A stretch of 32,173 nt of DNA, from positions 1 through 32,173 of the forward strand of contig JACRMD010000258.1 of NCBI GenBank assembly GCA_016215085.1, read 5' to 3'. The notes under the pieces are model-generated. The model did not search any database, was not told the DNA's origin, and was given only the letters and a program-made list of their open reading frames with translations. This document shows positions 25,366 through 32,173 of this stretch, piece after piece. How positions within the stretch are numbered: the first letter of the stretch is position 1; each line of letters begins with the position of its first letter. The position numbers and the translations under genes are program-made. This DNA is from Solirubrobacterales bacterium (GTDB lineage: Bacteria > Actinomycetota > Thermoleophilia > Solirubrobacterales > Solirubrobacteraceae).

Positions 25366-26261
25366 AGGTCCTCGGCGATCCGCGGCGCGACGCGCTTGAA
25401 GAAGAAGAAGCCGCCGACGATCACGCCGGCCCAGATCGCGCCGGGGATCACCAGCCGCCAGGCCAGGCCGATCGCCTCGGCCGCGCTGAGGTAGCCGGGG
25501 TCGATGAACCAGTCGCGCAGCTGCTGGATGACGACGGCCAGCGGGCTGCACATGATCAGCCGGCCGAGCTCGGGGTGCTCGCCGCCGTTGATGTACACGA
25601 ACAGCTCGATCGGGTAGAAGATCGGCGTCGCGTACAACATGATCTGCAGGACGACGTCCCAGATCGGCTCGATGTCGCGGGCGCGCACGAAGAGGCAGCT
25701 CAGCAGCAGGGCCAGGCCCCACGCGAAGAGCACCAGGCCGACGAGCAGGAACGGGCACAGCAGCCAGGTCCAGCGCGGCGTCACGCCGGCGACCAGCGCG
25801 AACACGACCACGGGGATGAGGTTCAGGCCCAGGCTGAACGTGGCCGACAGGACGCTCGCGGTGGGGACGGCCAGCCGCGGGAACTCGACCTTGCGCACCA
25901 GCGGCTCGCGCATGAGCAGGGAGCGCAGGCCCTGCGACGTCGCCTCGTTGAAGAACGAGTACAGGACGATGCCCATCAGCAGCGCCACCGGGAAGTACTC
26001 CACGTCGTTGCCGACGTCCAGCGCGACCGAGAACACCAGGTACAGCACGCCGAAGAGCATCAGCGGCCGCATCAGCGACCAGAAGTAGCCCAGCGCGTTG
26101 TCGAAGAACCGCAGCTTGAAGTCGGTCTTGGCCAGCGTCCAGGTCAGGTGCCAGAAGCGCCGGCTGTCGTTGCCCAGCGCGCTGGGCCCGAGGATCGGGG
26201 TGCCGAGCTCCTCCTCGGAGTACGTGCGGCGCGCCCGGGCGGTGACGTCGGCGGCGCTCAC
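25362..26261 (-). CDS. wzm: ABC-2 type polysaccharide exporter permease
   Basis: GTG 26261. DFKLRF, LGYFWSLMRPL, KVEFPR, RDIEPIW, YATPIFYP; 6 TMs. Confidence 0.92.
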   Translation of the reverse strand: MSAADVTARARRTYSEEELGTPILGPSALGNDSRRFWHLTWTLAKTDFKLRFFDNALGYFWSLMRPLMLFGVLYLVFSVALDVGNDVEYFPVALLMGIVLYSFFNEATSQGLRSLLMREPLVRKVEFPRLAVPTASVLSATFSLGLNLIPVVVFALVAGVTPRWTWLLCPFLLVGLVLFAWGLALLLSCLFVRARDIEPIWDVVLQIMLYATPIFYPIELFVYINGGEHPELGRLIMCSPLAVVIQQLRDWFIDPGYLSAAEAIGLAWRLVIPGAIWAGVIVGGFFFFKRVAPRIAEDL

Positions 26262-27556
26262 GAGACCACCTCGGGCGCGCTCGCGCCGAGCCGGTTCAGG
26301 CTGACCTCCTGGGGCACGTCCACCAGCGCGCCGGTGACCTTCTTGCTGGTGACGACCACGCTGAACATCCGCTCGCGGAAGTCCAGCCAGTGGCCGCCGC
26401 TGAGCTCGACCGAGGCCGACACCTGGTAGCGGTCCTGGGCGAGGATGTTGTCGAAGTCGACGCGGAACTCCACGACGTCGCCCTTGCGGAACAGCCCGGG
26501 CCGCGGGACGGTCCACACCGTCGAGGCCGACAGCACCTGCTGGCGCTGGGTGTTGGTCATCGACACGGTGAACAGCGGATCCTCGACGTCGTCGTGGAAC
26601 TTCACGCGCGCGACGTACGCGGCGCGGGTGCCGTTCTCGAGCTGCGTCGCCGCGCGGCCCTCGGCGTCCTCGCACCAGGCCTCGACGATCTCCGCGCGGC
26701 CGTCGCCGAAGCGCTCGCCCTCGCGCTCGCTCATGTACTCGACCGGGGCGGCGCCGCGCTCGCCGAGCGCCCGCGCCTCCTCCTGGGCGATCGCGCGCGC
26801 CTCCTCGGAGAAGTTGAGCTGCAGGTAGCGGTTGCCGACCGTCTCGGGATCGCCGATGGCGAGCATCCGGCCGTGCTCGAGCAGCATGGCGCGGTCGCAG
26901 AAGCGCCGGACCGCGTTCATGTCGTGCGTGACCAGCAGGACGGTCTTGCCCGAGCGGCGGATGCGCTCGAACTCGTCGTAGCACTTCTGCTGGAACGCGG
27001 CGTCGCCCACGGCGAGCACCTCGTCGATGAGCAGGATGTCGGCGTCGACCTGGATCATCACGCTGAAGGCCAGGCGGACGAGCATGCCGCTGGAGTAGTT
27101 CTTCAGCTTGAGGTCGATGAAGTCGTGGAGCTCGGCGAAGTCGATGATCGCGTCGAAGCGCTCGCGCGCCTCGCGCGTGTTGAGGCCGAGCATCGCGGCG
27201 TTGAGCTCGACGTTGTCGCGGGCCGGGAGGTCCGGGTTGAAGCCGACGCCGAGCTCGATGAACGTGGACAGCCGGCCGTCGACGTAGATGCGCCCCTCGT
27301 CGGTGCCGTAGATGCCGGCCATGCACTTCAGCAAGGTCGACTTGCCCGAGCCGTTGCGCCCGACGATGCCGAAGAACTCGCCCTTGCCGACGTCGAACTG
27401 CACGTCGCGCAGGGCGCGCAGCTCCTCGAACCCGCTGCGGCGGAACGGGTGCAGCACGCGCTCCTTCAGCGTGTGCACCTGCTCCTTGGGCAGGCGGAAG
27501 GTCTTGTGCACCCCGTCGACGTAGACGGCGGGGCGCTGCTGCACGTCGGCGCTCAT
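26258..27556 (-). CDS. wzt: Polysaccharide ABC exporter ATP-binding protein with C-terminal carbohydrate-binding domain
   Basis: ATG 27556. Walker A GRNGSGKST, signature YSSGM, Walker B LLIDEVLAVGDAAFQQKC, VTHD, and a long beta-rich C-terminal extension. Confidence 0.93.
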   Translation of the reverse strand: MSADVQQRPAVYVDGVHKTFRLPKEQVHTLKERVLHPFRRSGFEELRALRDVQFDVGKGEFFGIVGRNGSGKSTLLKCMAGIYGTDEGRIYVDGRLSTFIELGVGFNPDLPARDNVELNAAMLGLNTREARERFDAIIDFAELHDFIDLKLKNYSSGMLVRLAFSVMIQVDADILLIDEVLAVGDAAFQQKCYDEFERIRRSGKTVLLVTHDMNAVRRFCDRAMLLEHGRMLAIGDPETVGNRYLQLNFSEEARAIAQEEARALGERGAAPVEYMSEREGERFGDGRAEIVEAWCEDAEGRAATQLENGTRAAYVARVKFHDDVEDPLFTVSMTNTQRQQVLSASTVWTVPRPGLFRKGDVVEFRVDFDNILAQDRYQVSASVELSGGHWLDFRERMFSVVVTSKKVTGALVDVPQEVSLNRLGASAPEVVS

Positions 27557-27605
27557 GCGGTCACTGAGGGTAGTGAGGTCGGTGCGGTCGGTAGCCTCCG
27601 GCCGC
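27557..27605. promoter_or_regulatory. Putative divergent promoters
   Basis: TACCCT (-, 27567-27572) lies 10 nt before ATG 27556; TAGCCT (+, 27592-27597) lies 8 nt before GTG 27606. Confidence 0.5.
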
Positions 27606-29297
27606 GTGACGACGGCCACGGAACCGGCGCGGCCGGCCACGCACCCGGTCGCCGAGGACAACGGGCGGCGGGGCCTCTGGGTTGCGCTCCTGGGCGTGGC
27701 CGCCGTCGCGACGTTCGCCCTCCTGATGTACCAGGGGCGCGGCCGGACGTTCTTCTACGACGAGTGGGACTTCGTGACCCTGCGGTCCTCCGGCGGCCTC
27801 GACACGCTGCTGGAGCGCCACAACGAGCACATCGCGGTCCTGCCCGCAGCGGTCTACCGGGTGCTGCTGGAGACGATCGGCCTCGCGCCCGTGTGGCCGT
27901 ACCGGGCGCTGGCGGCGCTCGCCCACGTCGGCTGCGCCGTGCTCGTCTTCTCGCTGGCCCGCCGGCGCGTGGGCGACGCGGGTGCGCTGGTCGCCGCGGT
28001 GCTGCTGCTCGGCCTCGGCGCGGCGTGGCAGGACACGCTGTGGGGCTTCCAGATCGGGTTCCTGGGGTCCATCTTCTTCGGGCTGCTGGCCTTCGAGGCG
28101 CTCGACCGCGGCGGCCCGCGCGCCGACCTGCTCGCGTGCGCGGCGCTCCTGCTCGCGACACTGAGCTCGTCGCTTGGCGTGCCGTTCGCCGCCGGCATCG
28201 GCGCCGAGCTGCTGTGGCGCCGGCGCTGGGGCGCCCTGTGGGTCCCGGCCGTGGCGGTCGTGGTCTACGGCGCGTGGTACCTGGGCTACGGGCAGTCGGC
28301 GATCGAGGGCGAGGGGCTGTCGCGCGCGACGCAGTGGGCGGTCGACGCCGCGGCCGCCTCGGCGGGCGCGCTCTTCGGGCGCGGGCTGGACTGGGGCCGG
28401 CCGCTGCTGGCGGTCGGCGCGGCGCTGGCGGCCGTCGCGATCGTGCGCCGCGGCGTGAGCCCGCGGCTGGTCGGCGTGCTCGTCCTGGGCGCCGCGTTCT
28501 GGCTGCTGACCGGCGCGGCACGCTCCGGCGGCGGCGTCGTCGAGCCGCCCGACACCAGCCGCTACCTGGAGCTCGGAGCGGTCGTGCTGCTGCTGGCCGG
28601 CGCCGAGATCGCGCGCGGGTCGCTGCTGCGCCCGGCGGCCTACGGCGTCGCGGCGGTCGTCGTGGCGATCAGCCTCGCGCAGGGGCTGCAGACGCTGGGC
28701 GACGGCGGCGGCGGGCTGCGCGACAGCTCCAACCGCACCTACGCCCGGCTCGCGGCGGCGGAGATCGTGCAGCAGCGGCTGCCGGCCGGCTACCACCCGC
28801 TGCCGGCCGACGCGCCTGGGCTCACCGCGGGGCGCTACGTCAATGCGCTGAAGAACGTCGGCGAGTCGCCCGTCGGCGACCCGGTCAAGCGCCTCGAGGA
28901 CCTCGCGCCCGCCTATCGGACGCAGGGCGACAAGGTCCTCGCCGAGGTCGGCCTGGCCGTCTCCCCGGCTGGTCGCCCCGCAGGGACCGCGCCCGCGCTC
29001 GAGGGCACCGAGGGCGCCGCGAAGGCGCAGGCCGCCGGCGCGTGCCAGAAGGTCACGGTGCCGGGCGGCGGCGCGGTGGTGCTCACGCTCCCGCGCGGCG
29101 GCGTCGTCGTCCGCGGCGGTGCCGGCGCGCTGTTCGTCCACGTGCGGCGCTTCGCGCCGGCGTTCGACACGGCGGCCGACAAGGAGCTCAACCCGGGCGA
29201 GGCCGTGCGGGTCGCGCCCACGCCCGACAAGGCGCCCGCGATCCCATACCACCTGCGGCTCGCCTCGACGGCGCCGTTCCAGGTGTGCGCCGCATGA
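27606..29297 (+). CDS. Multi-pass membrane protein, putative GT-C fold glycosyltransferase
   Basis: Likely GTG 27606. TFFYDEWDF after TM1, HNEH, WQDTLWGFQIGF, TSRY; many TMs and a soluble C-terminal domain. Confidence 0.65.
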   Translation: MTTATEPARPATHPVAEDNGRRGLWVALLGVAAVATFALLMYQGRGRTFFYDEWDFVTLRSSGGLDTLLERHNEHIAVLPAAVYRVLLETIGLAPVWPYRALAALAHVGCAVLVFSLARRRVGDAGALVAAVLLLGLGAAWQDTLWGFQIGFLGSIFFGLLAFEALDRGGPRADLLACAALLLATLSSSLGVPFAAGIGAELLWRRRWGALWVPAVAVVVYGAWYLGYGQSAIEGEGLSRATQWAVDAAAASAGALFGRGLDWGRPLLAVGAALAAVAIVRRGVSPRLVGVLVLGAAFWLLTGAARSGGGVVEPPDTSRYLELGAVVLLLAGAEIARGSLLRPAAYGVAAVVVAISLAQGLQTLGDGGGGLRDSSNRTYARLAAAEIVQQRLPAGYHPLPADAPGLTAGRYVNALKNVGESPVGDPVKRLEDLAPAYRTQGDKVLAEVGLAVSPAGRPAGTAPALEGTEGAAKAQAAGACQKVTVPGGGAVVLTLPRGGVVVRGGAGALFVHVRRFAPAFDTAADKELNPGEAVRVAPTPDKAPAIPYHLRLASTAPFQVCAA

Positions 29298-29303
29298 CCG
29301 CCT

Positions 29304-29324
29304 CCGCGCAGCCGCGCTGCGCGG
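29304..29324 (+). terminator. GC-rich hairpin, possible intrinsic terminator without U-tract
   Basis: Perfect inverted repeat CCGCGCAGC-cgc-GCTGCGCGG beginning 7 nt after the stop at 29297. Confidence 0.4.
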
Positions 29325-29332
29325 TGCCCGGG

Positions 29333-29338
29333 TAGGCT
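29333..29338 (+). promoter_or_regulatory. Putative -10 box of a leaderless transcript
   Basis: TAGGCT lies 7 nt before GTG 29346; no Shine-Dalgarno sequence. Confidence 0.5.
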
Positions 29339-29345
29339 CGGGCCG

Positions 29346-31628
29346 GTGAGCCTGCACGAGATCGGCCCGGGGGTCGGGCTGGCGGGGGAGCGGGGGCGCG
29401 CGGTGGTCGTCATCCCGCTGTACGGCGCCCACGACCTCTTCGCCCGCTGCCTGCACAGCGTCCTCGCCCACACGCCCGAGGACGTGGCGATCCTCGTCGC
29501 CGACGACGCGAGCCCGGACCCGGCGAGCCTCGCGCTCGCCCGCGAGCTCGACGCGAAGGGCGCCCTGCGCCACGACGTCCACTGGCTGCGCCAGCCCGAG
29601 AACCAGGGCTTCGTCGGCAACTGCAACACGGCCTTCGCGGTCACCGCGCCGGCCGACGTCGTGCTCGTCAACTCCGACGTGGTCGTGGCCGAGGGCTGGT
29701 TCGACGGGCTGCGCGACGCCGCCCACAGCGACTCGACGATCGCGACCGCGACCGCGCTGACCAACCATGGCACGATCGTCTCGGTCCCGTACCGCAACCG
29801 CCCGCGGCCGATGCTGCCGCAGGACCGCACGCTGGACGAGCTCGCCGCCACGGTGCGCGAGCGCTCGCTGCGGCTGCGCCCGCGCCTGCCGGTGGCGATC
29901 GGCCACTGCGTCTACGTCCGCCGCGCGGCGCTCGACCTCGTGGGGCCGTTCGACCTCGCCTTCGCGCCGGGCTACGGCGAGGAGGTCGACTTCTCGCAGC
30001 GCTGCCTGCTGGCCGGCCTGCAGCACGTCGCCGCCGACGACGTGCTCGTGCTCCACCAGGGCGGCGCCTCGTTCAGCAGCGACGGCGAGCGCAACCCGAT
30101 CCAGGACGAGCACGAGCAGCTCGTCGCCGCGCGCTACCCCTACTACCACCGCGCGGTGGCCGAGGTCTCCGAGGACCGCAGCAGCACGCTGGCGCGCGCG
30201 CTGGCGATCGCCAACCAGGCGGTCCGCGGCCGGCGCGTGACGGTCGACGCGCGCAGCCTCGGGCCGTTCCTCACCGGCACGCAGATCCACACGCTGGAGC
30301 TGATCGGCGCGCTGGCGCGGACGGGCGAGGTGCGCGTGCGCGCCGTCGTCCCCGACGACCTCGGCGACTACGCGCGCGAGGCGCTCGACGCGCTGCCGCG
30401 GGTCGAGCGGCTGTCGGTCACCGACGTCGAGGACGGCGTCGAGCCCGACGAGGTCGTCCACCGGCCGTGGCAGATCAACGACCCCGGCGACCTGCCGCTG
30501 CTCGGCAAGCTCGGCGACCGCCTGGTCGTCACCCACCAGGACCTGATCGCCTACCGCAACCCGGCCTACCACGCCGACGCCAGGGCGTGGCTGAAGTACC
30601 GCGCCACGACCGCCGAGGCGCTGGCCTGGGCGTCGGTCGTCGTCTTCTTCTCCCAGCACGCGGCCGACGACGCGCTGGCCGAGGACCTGCTGCCGCCGTC
30701 GCGGGCGCGCACGGTGCTGCTCGGCGTCGACCACCAGCTCGTCCGCCTGGACCCCGAGCCCCAGCGCCCCGCCGGCGTCCCCGACGACCTCGACGCGCGG
30801 CCGTACCTGCTGTGCCTCGGGACCGACTTCCGCCACAAGAACCGGCCGTTCGCGCTGCGGTTCCTCGCGGCGCTGCGCGAGCGCCACGGGTGGCAGGGCC
30901 GGCTCGTGCTCGCCGGCCCGACCGTCGCGCACGGCTCGTCGGCGGGCGAGGAGGCCGAGATCCTGGCCGCCGACCCCGAGCTCGCCCGGCACGTCGTCCA
31001 CCTCGCCGCGGTCAGCGAGGCCGAGAAGGCGTGGCTGTACGGCAACGCGACGGCGGTCGTCTACCCGACGACGTACGAGGGCTTCGGCCTCGTGCCCTTC
31101 GAGGTCGCCGACGCGGGCGTCCCGTGCCTCTTCGCGCGCCAGGCGTCGATCCCCGAGGTGCTGCCCGGCGCGACGGCCGCGCTCGTCCCGTGGGACGCCG
31201 CCGCCAGCGCCGACGCGTGCATCGACGTCCTCGAGGACCCCGAGCGCGCGAAGGCGCTCGTCGCCGAGGTGCGCGAGGCCGCCGCGAGGCTGACGTGGGA
31301 CGCGACGGCGGCCGGCCTGCTGGAGGCCTACGACGACGCGGTCCGGCTGCCCGCGCGCGACGTGGCCAAGCACGAGGGCAACGAGCTCGGCGTCGACGCC
31401 CGCTACTGGGCGCTGCGCGAGCGCATCGGCGGGACCGGCATGTCGCTGGTCGACCCCGACGAGCCGCTGCTCGACGAGCCGGCGCAGCGGGCGCTCGCCG
31501 CGCTGGCGCGCCGGCCGCAGACGCGCGGCGTGCTGCTCAGGGCGCTGCACGCCGTGCACCGCGTCGGCGACCGCGCCGGCGACGCGGCGGCCGCGCGGAC
31601 GCAGCGCGACGACGAGGACGAGCTCTAG
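29346..31628 (+). CDS. Bifunctional GT2-GT4 glycosyltransferase
   Basis: N-terminal GT2 (VVIPLY, ADDASPD, NQGFVGNCN, NSDVVV, YGEEVDF) and C-terminal GT4 (HKNR, YPTTYEGFGLVPFE). Confidence 0.88.
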   Translation: MSLHEIGPGVGLAGERGRAVVVIPLYGAHDLFARCLHSVLAHTPEDVAILVADDASPDPASLALARELDAKGALRHDVHWLRQPENQGFVGNCNTAFAVTAPADVVLVNSDVVVAEGWFDGLRDAAHSDSTIATATALTNHGTIVSVPYRNRPRPMLPQDRTLDELAATVRERSLRLRPRLPVAIGHCVYVRRAALDLVGPFDLAFAPGYGEEVDFSQRCLLAGLQHVAADDVLVLHQGGASFSSDGERNPIQDEHEQLVAARYPYYHRAVAEVSEDRSSTLARALAIANQAVRGRRVTVDARSLGPFLTGTQIHTLELIGALARTGEVRVRAVVPDDLGDYAREALDALPRVERLSVTDVEDGVEPDEVVHRPWQINDPGDLPLLGKLGDRLVVTHQDLIAYRNPAYHADARAWLKYRATTAEALAWASVVVFFSQHAADDALAEDLLPPSRARTVLLGVDHQLVRLDPEPQRPAGVPDDLDARPYLLCLGTDFRHKNRPFALRFLAALRERHGWQGRLVLAGPTVAHGSSAGEEAEILAADPELARHVVHLAAVSEAEKAWLYGNATAVVYPTTYEGFGLVPFEVADAGVPCLFARQASIPEVLPGATAALVPWDAAASADACIDVLEDPERAKALVAEVREAAARLTWDATAAGLLEAYDDAVRLPARDVAKHEGNELGVDARYWALRERIGGTGMSLVDPDEPLLDEPAQRALAALARRPQTRGVLLRALHAVHRVGDRAGDAAAARTQRDDEDEL

Positions 31629-32173
31629 CCGCCCGGCGCCGCCGGCCCCTCGGCCGCGGCCGGCACGCCGCCGGGAGCGGGCGGGCCCATCGTCCGCGGG
31701 TACCGCTCGCGGAGGATCGCCCGCATCTCGGCCGTGTCGAGGTCGGTGAGCGAGAGCATCGAGCCGCCGGCGCTGCGGCGGTAGCGCGCCAGCAGCTGCG
31801 CGACGTGGACGCCGCGGCCGCCGCGCTCGGCGATGCGGCACCACAGGTCGTAGTCCTCCCAGCCGTGCAGGCGGATGTCGGTGGTGTAGCCGCCGAGCTC
31901 GGCCAGCGCGTCGCGGCGCAGGAGCGCCAGCGCGTCGATCGGGTTGTAGGCCTTGAGCAGGGCCGGGTCCCAGGGCAGCGTGCTCAGCAGCCCGTCCGGC
32001 GCGCCGTCGCGGTGGGCGGCGAGGATCGGGTAGGCGAAGAGCGCGTCGGGGTCGGCGTCCAGCGCGGCGGCGAGCCGGCGCGCCGCGGGCGGCAGCAGCT
32101 CGTTGTCGGCGTCGAGCATCAGCACGTACGGCGCGCGGGCCAGCCCCACCATGGTGTTGCGGCCCGCGGGAAG
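31625..32173 (-). CDS. GT2 family glycosyltransferase, 5' end outside the window
   Basis: The frame is open to the window edge: LPAGRNTMVGLARAPYVLMLDADN, GGY, GWEDYDLW, YRR. Confidence 0.85.
   Translation of the reverse strand, partial: LPAGRNTMVGLARAPYVLMLDADNELLPPAARRLAAALDADPDALFAYPILAAHRDGAPDGLLSTLPWDPALLKAYNPIDALALLRRDALAELGGYTTDIRLHGWEDYDLWCRIAERGGRGVHVAQLLARYRRSAGGSMLSLTDLDTAEMRAILRERYPRTMGPPAPGGVPAAAEGPAAPGG

Noticed and set aside
27561-31844. 1427-aa antisense ORF, and similar long shadow ORFs such as 11912-14101, 26390-29335, 18055-19932 and 7943-9691
   Set aside because: They overlap well-supported genes, have no recognisable motifs, and arise from stop-codon scarcity in GC-rich sequence.
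1-32173. CRISPR arrays, tRNA/rRNA genes, IS elements, prophage or defence genes
   Set aside because: No regularly spaced repeats, RNA-gene signatures or transposase/integrase motifs were seen, and intergenic gaps are only about 60 bp or less.

Overview
A very GC-rich bacterial window; the composition and the near-leaderless TANNNT-promoter architecture suggest Actinomycetota, possibly Thermoleophilia (inference). It is almost entirely a cell-surface glycan biosynthesis and decoration locus of about 28 genes. It encodes GT4/WsaF-like and GT2 glycosyltransferases, three paralogs of an unnamed GT-B family, a Wzm/Wzt exporter with a coupled methyltransferase, and nucleotide-sugar enzymes (HldE, RmlC-like, RmlD-like, three SDR epimerases). 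It also has a large lipid-carrier toolkit: three polyprenyl-phosphate GT2s, GtrA, a flippase-like protein, and four GT-C-like membrane proteins including a DUF2298/YYY protein. Highlights: (1) a heptose kinase/nucleotidyltransferase with an LxxGRSTT motif heads an epimerase-SDR-SDR-GT2-GT-C run, a candidate new NDP-heptose pathway. (2) hldE, rmlC and rmlD each carry a lesion (deletion plus frameshift, in-frame TAG, and a same-length foreign segment replacing the catalytic motif); these may be biological or assembly artefacts. (3) A divergent GT pair is duplicated in inverted orientation, each copy with a 26-bp gap holding overlapping -10 boxes. (4) A lower-GC segment at about 10.1-12.0 kb starts inside a gene. 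No RNA genes, CRISPR arrays or mobile elements were seen. All family calls come from motif recognition by eye, not database searches.
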